From: an uncultured Acidimicrobiales bacterium
GTDB lineage: Bacteria; Actinomycetota; Acidimicrobiia; Acidimicrobiales; CATQHL01
DNA length: 64,000 nt
Reading direction: 5' to 3'
Assembly (NCBI GenBank): GCA_958295925.1
Contig: CATQHL010000001.1
Span: 1,249,753 to 1,313,752 of the forward strand
Under the pieces are notes generated by a model that worked only from the letters and a program-made list of their open reading frames with translations, had not been told where the DNA came from and ran no database searches. The position numbers were made by a program, and so were the translations under genes. This document shows, one piece after another, positions 27,514-35,598 of the stretch; positions within the stretch are counted from its first letter, which is position 1; every line of letters begins with the position of its first letter.

Positions 27514-30045
27514 TTGTGGAGTGATTTCAATGGCCTTCCTCCTGAAGCGCGCTCAGCCGAATTTTATGAGCATGAGGCTAATTGGTCTAACAGAATGATT
27601 TTAGGCGACGCCCTTCATGTCATGGCGTCGCTAGCTGAAAAGGAAGGGTTAAAGGGCAAAGTACAGTGTATATACATTGATCCGCCATATGGGATCAAGT
27701 TCAACTCCAACTTTCAGTGGTCAACAAATAGTCGAAATGTCCAAGACGGGAAAAAGGGCCACATTACCCGAGAGCCGGAGCAAGTAAAGGCGTTTCGAGA
27801 CACATGGAAAGATGGTATTCACTCATACTTGACATACATAAGAGACCGACTAACAGTTGCTAGAGAGTTGCTCAACGAAACTGGCTCAATATTTGTTCAA
27901 ATTGGCGACGAGAATGTGCACCGTGTACGCGCGCTGATGGATGAAGTGTTTGGGGAGAAAAATTTCGTAAGTTTAATTACATACAAGACTACAAGTGGTA
28001 CTACTCAACACAGGTCGATTAGAAGAATTTCTGACTACATACTTTGGTACAGTAAGACTGCCGACCAAAATAAGTTTCGAAGATTGCTTGAACTAAAAAC
28101 TTTGGACACAAAGAGCTATAACCAATTGCAGCTCCTCACTGGAACTCGTCGAACTATGACAACACAAGAGAGAAAAGATCCTGCACTATGCCCAGCGTCA
28201 TCACGACCTTATCAAAAATTGCCGATGCATTCGATGGGTGCGGGCGATAACGCACCTAGAGGACTATTCAGCAAACTATGGCATATCCCCCAAGCAAGGC
28301 ACTGGACGTACACAATTGAAGGATTTTATCGACTTGCAAAGGCATCACGTATCGAACGAGACATTAATGTAGTACGTTCAATCCATTATCATGATGATTA
28401 TCCTGCATATGAAATTTCGAATTCTTGGGAAGATACTTCCCCCGAGACAGATAAATCATATGTTATTCAGACCGCGAAACTGCCAATTGAACGATGCATA
28501 CTTATGACAACTGATCCAGGCGATCTTGTTCTCGACCCCACTTGCGGGTCGGGAACTACTGCGTATGTTGCTGAGCAGTGGGGTAGGCGTTGGATCACCA
28601 TTGACACTTCCCGAGTGGCCCTTGCGCTGGCGCGGGCTCGCATCATGGGTGCTCGCTATCCCTACTATCTGTTATCCGACAGTCCTGAAGGGCAGGCGAA
28701 GGAAGCCGAACTATCGCAGAATGGGCAATCAACTGAAGAAACCCACAGAAGAATCCGACAAGGCTTCGTCAATAAACGAGTGCCACACATAACTCTTCGA
28801 AGCATTGCTAACAACGCTGAAATCGATGTCATCCACGACAAACACCAGCAGACGCTTGAACCTCTCCGTTCAAAGTTGAACGAAGCGCTAGGAACCGCTT
28901 GGGAGGAGTGGGAGATCCCACACGACGCCGACGGCAAATGGTCACATGAAGCAAAAACCCTGCACAATCAATGGTGGAAGCACCGCATCGCCCGTCAGCG
29001 GGAAATAGACGCCTCTATAAAGGCCAAAGCCGACCACGAGTATCTCTACGACAAGCCCTACGAAGACAAGAAGAAGGTTCGCATGGCGGGGCCTTTCACG
29101 GTGGAAAGTCTTTCCCCGCACCGCTACCTCGGCGTCGACGAGGACGACGAACTCATTGATCAACCTAGAGTCGGCAAGCTCGACTTCGAGGAGCAGCGGG
29201 ATTTTGTGAAGACGATTATTGAAAACCTGCGGAACGCAGGCGTCCAGCAGGCTCAGAAAGAAGACAAAATCACATTCACTTCGCTCACGGCCTGGCCAGG
29301 GACCGACTTTCCCCAAGAAGGGGCTAGAAGCGAGCTTGGCACAGGAATTTGTGCCGAAGGGCGCTACATAGAAGGCAGCAAGGAATCAGGAAAAGAAAGG
29401 CGCGCCGCTGTTTTCGTGGGCCCGGAATTCGGGACGGTGCAACGAGCCGATCTGGCAAGAGCGGCCCGCGCAGCCGCCGAAGCCGGATTCGATGTGCTGA
29501 TCTCCTGCGCCTTCAACTATGAACCCCAAGCCTCGGACTTCAAGCAAATGGGGCGCATTCCGGTGCTCAAGGCCCGCATGAACCCTGACCTTCACATGTC
29601 GGACGATCTCAAGAACACCGGAGCGGGCAACCTCTTCGTCATCTTCGGCGAGCCGGACATTGAAATATTGCCCGCCGAAGTTGAAGAATCCGGCAGCAAA
29701 GCCGAAGGGAAGGACGATCTGATACGGGTCAAGGTCAACGGGGTAGACGTTTTCCACCCCAACACAGGGGAAATCCGCAGCGATGGGCCGAAAGGCATCG
29801 CCTGCTGGTTCGTCGACACCGACTACAACGAGGAGAGTTTCTTCGTCCGCCACGCCTATTTCCTGGGCGCCGACGACCCCTACAAGAAACTGAAGACCAC
29901 CCTGAAAGCCGAAATCAACGAAGAGGCCTGGGCGACACTGCACAGCGACACGTCTCGTCCGTTCCCGAAGCCGAAATCAGGGCGCATCGCCGTGAAGGTC
30001 ATCAACCACCTCGGCGACGAGGTCATGAAGGTGCTCCGGGTTTAA
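27514..30045 (+). CDS. mod: mod, main part: N6-adenine-type DNA methyltransferase (DPPY ... FxGxG order, beta class)
   Basis: 843-aa ORF. Contains NRMILGDALHVMASL, VQCIYIDPPYGIKFNSNFQW (DPPY at 27679-27690) and LVLDPTCGSGTTAYVAEQWGRRWITIDTSRVALALARARI. The track start is a TTG that is really an internal Leu of the fused gene. Confidence 0.85.
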   Translation: MWSDFNGLPPEARSAEFYEHEANWSNRMILGDALHVMASLAEKEGLKGKVQCIYIDPPYGIKFNSNFQWSTNSRNVQDGKKGHITREPEQVKAFRDTWKDGIHSYLTYIRDRLTVARELLNETGSIFVQIGDENVHRVRALMDEVFGEKNFVSLITYKTTSGTTQHRSIRRISDYILWYSKTADQNKFRRLLELKTLDTKSYNQLQLLTGTRRTMTTQERKDPALCPASSRPYQKLPMHSMGAGDNAPRGLFSKLWHIPQARHWTYTIEGFYRLAKASRIERDINVVRSIHYHDDYPAYEISNSWEDTSPETDKSYVIQTAKLPIERCILMTTDPGDLVLDPTCGSGTTAYVAEQWGRRWITIDTSRVALALARARIMGARYPYYLLSDSPEGQAKEAELSQNGQSTEETHRRIRQGFVNKRVPHITLRSIANNAEIDVIHDKHQQTLEPLRSKLNEALGTAWEEWEIPHDADGKWSHEAKTLHNQWWKHRIARQREIDASIKAKADHEYLYDKPYEDKKKVRMAGPFTVESLSPHRYLGVDEDDELIDQPRVGKLDFEEQRDFVKTIIENLRNAGVQQAQKEDKITFTSLTAWPGTDFPQEGARSELGTGICAEGRYIEGSKESGKERRAAVFVGPEFGTVQRADLARAARAAAEAGFDVLISCAFNYEPQASDFKQMGRIPVLKARMNPDLHMSDDLKNTGAGNLFVIFGEPDIEILPAEVEESGSKAEGKDDLIRVKVNGVDVFHPNTGEIRSDGPKGIACWFVDTDYNEESFFVRHAYFLGADDPYKKLKTTLKAEINEEAWATLHSDTSRPFPKPKSGRIAVKVINHLGDEVMKVLRV

Positions 30046-30247
30046 CTACACCTGTCGGCAGCCGGACAGCAATCTCAAACTTGAACTCCACGCGATCTCC
30101 TTCAATTATTGCGTCGCTTTCAGCGTCGCCGCGGCGTAAGTCACGAAAGAGAGTCGCCATCGCCTCGGAGGTGTTCCTCAACTCAGATGGGTTTCCTCGA
30201 AGTCGCTGGCGGGCATGCCTATCTCCTTTTCCCAAATTGCGCCCCTT

Positions 30248-30267
30248 GGCGGGCGGGCGGGCGGGCG
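30248..30267. repeat. (GGCG)5 tetranucleotide microsatellite
   Basis: ttGGCGGGCGGGCGGGCGGGCGgcc, confirmed against the ORF-track translation PWRAGGRAAN. It lies in the ORF-poor spacer between mod and recQ. Confidence 0.85.
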
Positions 30268-30413
30268 GCCAACTTGACGCCGACGGCCACAGACCCGTAG
30301 ACCAGCACCCTTGAAGCGCCCTCGTCGGCAAGAATGGCGGCGGCCTTGGCTGCGTCTTCCAGCGTCGGGGCCGAAGACGAGGCTGTTACCGCCATAGCCT
30401 GATTCTACATTTT

Positions 30414-30444
30414 CGGCAATTCAGGTTCAGAAGCCGGCAATTCA
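30414..30444. repeat. two CGGCAATTCA direct repeats with 21-bp periodicity upstream of recQ (candidate operator or promoter element)
   Basis: cggcaattca occurs at 30414-30423 and at 30435-30444, 43 nt before the recQ TTG at 30487. Any function is inference only. Confidence 0.4.
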
Positions 30445-30486
30445 ATTGATCTGCGACGCAACAATGAACGGCGACGGAGGGCGCAT

Positions 30487-32394
30487 TTGGACATGACAAC
30501 CCAACTACCAGGGAAAGTGGACAACGAGACGACCGCTCACAGGGTGCTGCGCGAAACGTTCGGCTTTGACTCTTTCCGCCCCGGTCAGAAGAGGGTGATC
30601 GACGCCCTAACAGCCGACGAGCACGTGCTGGCCGTGATGCCGACGGGGGCGGGCAAGTCGCTCTGCTATCAGATTCCGGCCCTGATGCGGGGTGGCCTGA
30701 CGCTGGTCGTCTCGCCGCTTATCGCCCTTATGGAAGACCAGGTGGCGGCCCTGCGGCTTACCGGCGTGCCTGCCTTTGCCATCAACTCCGCCAAATCACG
30801 TGAGGAAAACCTCGACCTTTGGTATGAGGCCGTAGGCAACAAGACGGCGCTGCTTTACCTCGCCCCGGAGCGGCTGATGACTGAGCGGATGCTCGCCGCT
30901 CTGCAGCGCCAGAGGGTGAGGCTGATTGTCGTGGACGAGGCGCACTGCATATCCAAGTGGGGGCCTGCTTTCCGCCCGGAGTATGAAGCACTGGCCGAGT
31001 TGACCAACGTGCTGCCAGGAGCGCCCATCGGTGCGTTCACGGCCACAGCGGACGAGGCAACCCGGGCGGATGTGATGGAGAAGCTCTTCGAGCGCCCGGC
31101 CAGGCTGTTCGTGTCGGGATTCGACCGCCCGAACATCCACCTCGCCGTGGAGCGGAACTCGCCCAAGCAGCGAATCGTGGAGTTCGTGCGCGACCGCGCC
31201 GGTCAGAGCGGCATCGTCTACTGCCTGAGTCGCAAAGACACCGAGACGACCGCCGAGATGCTTGTCGAGGCGGGTGTGGCTGCTCTGCCCTACCACGCAG
31301 GGTTGGGAGCAACGGAGCGGGCAAAAAACCAGAACGAGTTCATGACGCGCCCCGGGGTTGTGATGGTGGCCACCATCGCCTTCGGGATGGGCATCGACAA
31401 GCCCGACATCCGCTACGTGCTGCACTGCACCATCCCTGCGAGCGTTGAGGCGTACTACCAGGAACTCGGTCGCGCAGGTCGCGACGGTGAAGCGGCCGAG
31501 GCGCTGATGCTTTACAGATTTGACGACATCCGGCGGCGGCGCAGCCTCTTTGACGGGGACGAGCACGACAACGAAGACCATCGGCGGCGCGAGCACAAGC
31601 GCTTCGACGCGTTGATTGGCTACTGCGAATCGGCGAAGTGCCGCCGTCAGGTGCTGCTGGGCTACTTCGGGGAGCGCTCCGAGCAGTGTGGCCACTGCGA
31701 TCTATGCGACAACCCGCCCGAGGTGCTCGACGGCAGGGAGTCGGCGCAAAAGGTGTTCTTGGCGGTGTGCGGGACGGGCCAGCGATTCGGGCAGGGGCAA
31801 ATTATCGACGTGCTGCTGGGAGCGGAGACGTCAAAGGTGAAGCAGTTCGGCCATCACGCCCTGGCCGTATACGGCACCGGGCGGGAGTTCGACAAGGTGG
31901 AATGGCGGTCGTTTATCCATCAGATGGTGGCGGCCGGCCACCTGGCGATTGACTATCGGGGCCACGGGGGTCTCTCCCTGACGGCGCTGGGGGCGAAGTT
32001 GGCGACCGGCGACACGGGATTCAGCTACCGGCAGGACACGGTGAGGGCTGGGCGCGGACGTGGCGAGCGGCGAAGCGCCGATCGGGAGCCGGAACGGGCA
32101 GAAGCAGGAGCCGTTGCCGGCAGCGAGCGAAAAGCCATTGAACTCAACGGGGACGATCAGGCGCTGTTCACCAAACTCAAAGAGTTGCGTCTCTCCTTGG
32201 CGCAAGAACGCGAAGTGCCGGCGTTCGTGATCTTCCACGACACCACGCTGCGGGAGATGGCAACGCGCCGACCGGCAACGAAGGAGGAGTTCGCCGCAAT
32301 CCGAGGAGTGGGCGCCGCCAAGCTGGAGCAGTTTGCTGCGGCCTTCCTGGCCGAGATACGGACATTTTCAAATCTTGAAGCCAACGTGCGCTGA
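30487..32394 (+). CDS. recQ: ATP-dependent DNA helicase RecQ
   Basis: 635 aa; the alternative start ATG 30493 is equally possible. Contains FGFDSFRPGQKRVI, MPTGAGKSLCYQIPAL and DEAHCISKWG. The Zn-binding Cys cluster (CRRQVLLGYFGE...CGHCDLC) and a C-terminal HRDC-like segment (LFTKLKELRLSLAQEREVPAFVIFHDTTLREMA) are also present. Confidence 0.9.
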   Translation: MDMTTQLPGKVDNETTAHRVLRETFGFDSFRPGQKRVIDALTADEHVLAVMPTGAGKSLCYQIPALMRGGLTLVVSPLIALMEDQVAALRLTGVPAFAINSAKSREENLDLWYEAVGNKTALLYLAPERLMTERMLAALQRQRVRLIVVDEAHCISKWGPAFRPEYEALAELTNVLPGAPIGAFTATADEATRADVMEKLFERPARLFVSGFDRPNIHLAVERNSPKQRIVEFVRDRAGQSGIVYCLSRKDTETTAEMLVEAGVAALPYHAGLGATERAKNQNEFMTRPGVVMVATIAFGMGIDKPDIRYVLHCTIPASVEAYYQELGRAGRDGEAAEALMLYRFDDIRRRRSLFDGDEHDNEDHRRREHKRFDALIGYCESAKCRRQVLLGYFGERSEQCGHCDLCDNPPEVLDGRESAQKVFLAVCGTGQRFGQGQIIDVLLGAETSKVKQFGHHALAVYGTGREFDKVEWRSFIHQMVAAGHLAIDYRGHGGLSLTALGAKLATGDTGFSYRQDTVRAGRGRGERRSADREPERAEAGAVAGSERKAIELNGDDQALFTKLKELRLSLAQEREVPAFVIFHDTTLREMATRRPATKEEFAAIRGVGAAKLEQFAAAFLAEIRTFSNLEANVR

Positions 32395-32402
32395 CGTTTC
32401 TT

Positions 32403-32428
32403 GACGCGTTGGCGCCTCCACGCGTTTT
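32403..32428 (+). terminator. weak candidate intrinsic terminator after recQ
   Basis: gACGCGT-tggcgcctcc-ACGCGTttt: a 6-7 bp stem, a 10-nt loop and a short T run, 9 nt after the recQ stop. Confidence 0.3.
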
Positions 32429-32457
32429 GAGGACTGATGGCAAGCTAAGAAGGCGAT

Positions 32458-32712
32458 ATGAAGCTCAGGTGTCTTTGTTCTCTGGTTGGTGTCGTGTTGT
32501 TGGCGGGGGCGTGTGTGGGGGGCTCCGGGGGGTTGGTGGTGGATGGTGGTTCCGCTGGGGATGATGTGTTTGAGGGGGGCCCGGTGGCCGGCGAGTTGCC
32601 TGTGGGTGAGTTGGTGGCAGTCGGCCGTCTCAGCGGCGGAGCGGCGGGTGGCGGCGGGGAAGCGTCCGCCACCTGGGCGCAGGCGGATCTCCCACCCACC
32701 GCCCGGTTTTGA
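32458..32712 (+). CDS. small putative lipoprotein, possibly the 5' stump of a disrupted gene
   Basis: 84-aa high-GC ORF. MKLRCLCSLVGVVLLAGAC is a signal peptide with a lipobox-like Cys. The ORF stops exactly where the GC content drops. Confidence 0.4.
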   Translation: MKLRCLCSLVGVVLLAGACVGGSGGLVVDGGSAGDDVFEGGPVAGELPVGELVAVGRLSGGAAGGGGEASATWAQADLPPTARF

Positions 32713-35575
32713 CAAAAGCGGAAAACAGCAGGTGGGACAGGTTCTTCGCCTCCGTCCGCGTACCTTCTGCAAAATCAGGCAACACCCAAGGAAGTGATCC
32801 CCCTTTAGAAAGTAACTTGATCGGGGCTGTGGGAAGCGGGAAAGTAGCAGACTTCACAGAGCAAGCGACGGTCGACCCCGACAATCAGACCACGACGAGG
32901 AGCATCACGCTCCCCGCACCGCGTCGGGCGGAACAACCGGAACGGAACACTTGAAAGTGGGGGCTGCCAACCGAAACTCTGGAACGAAGCAAGCATCGAC
33001 TAGATCGTCGCCTGCAACAACGACTGCCGTAAGTCTCACAAGGTAAACCTCGGCAACTTCGAAGGCGGATCCGGCAATTACGAATGGTCTTAGCTTCCAT
33101 CCAGGGAGCAGGGCGCAGTAATCACGCAGGTTCGCCTAAGTCCTACTGAGCGAGATTATCCTTTATAGTTATATGTAGTAACACAAATTGAACTAAGCAT
33201 CTGCCTGTGCGCGCCACAACAAGGAAAAAATATGTTCGAAAAAATCATTTCAATACGCAACTTAGGTGTATTTGCTGCACAACAGAGCTGCACCTTCAAA
33301 AAGTTTACCTTAATTTATGCTAGAAACGGTTTAGGAAAGAGCACGCTATGCGCAATGTTTAGATCTCTTGAAACAGATAATGCAGATCACCTTATCGGAA
33401 GACAAAGGCTGGGTCAACCAGAAGCACCTGAGGTGTGTCTCCTAATTGATAGAAAGCAATGCAAATATGAAGATAACAGATGGACTCGAGCATTTCCTGA
33501 AATAATAATCTTTGACAATGAATTCATTGCAAACAATGTATACACAGAAATTGTGGAAGCCCGTCATAAGCGTCGCTTTCATCATATTATGCTTGGAGAA
33601 GAAGGAGTAGAGTTAAGAAAAAAAGAATCAGAGATATCAACTAAGAAGCGAGAGATAAAGAAGAAAACTGACGATATTAAGAAGTCAATTCAACAGACTG
33701 TTCCCACCGATTTCGACTTCGAGGAATTTCTATCACTGCAAGAAATTCCAAATATCGATACTATGATTAATGAGCAAGAAAAACTTGTAAAAGCAATAAC
33801 TGAAGAAGGTCAGATTCTTTGCCATCCAGGGATTCCGAAACTATCGATGCCTTTACTCCCCGACAATCTGTTTGACTCTCTGCAAAAAAAATTCGAAAAC
33901 CTTTCACTTGAAGCAGAAGAAACCTTGAATCAACACCTTGCAGCCCATGGAATGAAATCCGCTGATAAAGATTGGCTTGTTGAAGGCTTAAGTTACATTT
34001 CTGAGGAGTCATGCCCATTTTGTGGGCAAAACGTACAGGGGCTTCCCCTAATTGGTGCTTATCGTTCAGTGTTCAACGAAACATTTCGATCATTTCAGCA
34101 TTCAATAGACAAGATGATAGATGATATAGGTAAGCAATTCGGCGAACTTGCAATTAGCGAATTTAAGCATCTCGTTTCCCAGCATAAACGTGAGCTAGAG
34201 TTTTGGAATCAACATTGTGAAATAGATGAACAAATATATATAATTTCAGACAGTCTGACTGAATTGCTCCGTTACCTGGGTAGAGCAGCAATAAGCACGT
34301 TGATAGAAAAGAAAAATTCGCCACATAAGCCAATAAGTTGTTCTGACGAATTCAAATCGAAATATGAGTCATACAAGAACGAGCTTTCTGAAATTACAGA
34401 ATTAAACTCCAATTTTTGTGAAATTAATTCAAAAATCGAAGAAAGGAAGCAACAAGTTGGTGCATCTGGTCTAGTGGAGGAAACGCGAAAACTTGATAAC
34501 TTGCGAGTTTCCAAAATACGATACCAAGATTGCACTAGAAAATTATGTGAAAACTTTACAGAACAGTCTAAGCTACTTAAGAAACTCGATAATGAAGTTA
34601 AAGAAGTTCGAAGTCGGCTAAAGAATTATTCTGACAGTGCCGTTGAACCTTTTGCAGACCGAATAAATTCTTTATTGAAAGATTTCGGGACTAGTTTCAG
34701 AATCGCTAAAATTGAAAACAGCTTTAAAGGTGGCGAACCTCAGTCAGAATATTGCATAGAAATAAACGAAGAGCAAGTTCCACTTGGCACAAGTAAAACC
34801 CCTCTTTCTAAACCGAGTCTCAGGAATACGTTAAGCTCAGGAGATCGATCTACACTAGCGTTTGCATTTTTTCTCTCTCAGTTAGGCAAAGATCCTCTGA
34901 TGAATCAAAAAATAGTAATATTCGATGATCCATTTGGTAGCATGGACAGATTTCGAAGGCAGCAAACAGTATACAGCATTGTCGACACCTCAGAGAAAAG
35001 CAAGCAAACAATTGTTCTTTCACATGACGTAGACTTCTTGAAACTAGTCTTCCGTGAGAATATAATCAACAAATCTGAACTTATCACTTTGCAGTTGTCC
35101 GCTAAACAGAAAAATCGTGTCATCATAGAAAATGCTGACTTTGATAATATTGATCAGAATCCAGCCGATCAAGATATTGAAGATTTGCAAAACTATCTTA
35201 CAAACAGTGTTGGGAATGAATTAGATATAATTAGGAAACTTCGTCCTCTTCTTGAAACGCACTTGCGCAAGAATTATCCAAATTTAGCATCCGGTAGTGC
35301 CAATATAGCCGGATTTCTTTCAAATATTGAAAATCTGAATGATGCCCATCCGCTCAAGGATCAGATTCAAAGAATTCACGGTATAAATAATTTCACAAAA
35401 ATATATCACCATGGCAACGAAATTAATCGTCGCAACGAATCCATAGATCCTGGTGAATTGAAGACTTTTGTCAAACAAACTCTTGAGATAATTGGTTATC
35501 CTATTGATTAATATAGGTAAATTCTCGAGCTAGAGAAAGTCGTGACACTCAAGTACTCATATTTGCTGTTTGATG
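32713..35575. other. low-GC island carrying the RloC-like gene
   Basis: 32713-33100 is intermediate GC (about 50%) with no ORF, and 33100-35575 is about 35-38% GC. The right edge is about 25 nt from the nuoN (operon 2) stop. No integrase, tRNA or att-like repeat was recognised. Confidence 0.6.
33232..35511 (+). CDS. AAA_13-family ATPase, RloC/PrrC-like (candidate anticodon nuclease or abortive-infection protein)
   Basis: 759 aa with an AAGGA RBS. It has Walker A (YARNGLGKSTL, 33319-33345), a long Lys/Glu-rich insert, and CPFCGQ (34012-34023), which fits a Rad50-like zinc-hook CxxC. LSSGDRSTLAFAFFLSQL is ABC-signature-like. Walker B (IVIFDDPFGSMD) and VLSHDVDFL are present. The C-terminal LRPLLETH...DAHP...YHHG (from 35242) resembles the PrrC Arg/Glu/His arrangement. 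Confidence 0.8.
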   Translation: MFEKIISIRNLGVFAAQQSCTFKKFTLIYARNGLGKSTLCAMFRSLETDNADHLIGRQRLGQPEAPEVCLLIDRKQCKYEDNRWTRAFPEIIIFDNEFIANNVYTEIVEARHKRRFHHIMLGEEGVELRKKESEISTKKREIKKKTDDIKKSIQQTVPTDFDFEEFLSLQEIPNIDTMINEQEKLVKAITEEGQILCHPGIPKLSMPLLPDNLFDSLQKKFENLSLEAEETLNQHLAAHGMKSADKDWLVEGLSYISEESCPFCGQNVQGLPLIGAYRSVFNETFRSFQHSIDKMIDDIGKQFGELAISEFKHLVSQHKRELEFWNQHCEIDEQIYIISDSLTELLRYLGRAAISTLIEKKNSPHKPISCSDEFKSKYESYKNELSEITELNSNFCEINSKIEERKQQVGASGLVEETRKLDNLRVSKIRYQDCTRKLCENFTEQSKLLKKLDNEVKEVRSRLKNYSDSAVEPFADRINSLLKDFGTSFRIAKIENSFKGGEPQSEYCIEINEEQVPLGTSKTPLSKPSLRNTLSSGDRSTLAFAFFLSQLGKDPLMNQKIVIFDDPFGSMDRFRRQQTVYSIVDTSEKSKQTIVLSHDVDFLKLVFRENIINKSELITLQLSAKQKNRVIIENADFDNIDQNPADQDIEDLQNYLTNSVGNELDIIRKLRPLLETHLRKNYPNLASGSANIAGFLSNIENLNDAHPLKDQIQRIHGINNFTKIYHHGNEINRRNESIDPGELKTFVKQTLEIIGYPID

Positions 35576-35598
35576 CTGTGTTGATGGCGGGGACGTTC

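Larger units (their letters stand above)
26222..28500. other. low-GC cassette inside the R-M locus: unknown ORF plus the 5' two-thirds of mod
   Basis: Sampled lines are about 35-45% GC. The res gene (about 65%) and the mod 3' third from ~28.5 kb onward (about 55-65%) are host-like. The cassette spans the interval between the mod DPPY (27679-27690) and the CGSGTT motif (~28.54 kb). Confidence 0.55.

Noticed and set aside
30023-30393. Possible small minus-strand genes: the 102-aa track ORF 30023..30331, and an ATG-30393 ORF with a VLVYGSVA segment faintly reminiscent of a nucleotidyltransferase (MNT-type antitoxin) motif.
   Set aside because: No GS-x(10-13)-DxD nucleotidyltransferase signature can be assembled in any frame. 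The two pieces are in different frames, separated by the (GGCG)5 repeat. I report the region only as an observation, not as a CDS.
30487-32394. RecQ as a dedicated defence-system helicase, because it lies between two defence islands.
   Set aside because: Its GC content is host-like. It has the complete canonical RecQ architecture of helicase, Zn-binding and HRDC regions. The flanking low-GC DNA is more simply explained by independent insertions on either side. I keep it as housekeeping recQ unless neighbourhood statistics say otherwise.
32713-33231. The ORF-less 520 bp was checked by eye for tmRNA, RNase P RNA, SRP RNA, tRNA and group II intron domain V features. The GGGGCTG at ~32960 prompted the tmRNA idea.
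   Set aside because: There is no tag-peptide reading frame, no T-arm/acceptor-like 3' end, and no conserved RNase P or SRP boxes. A structured RNA cannot be supported without a covariance-model scan.
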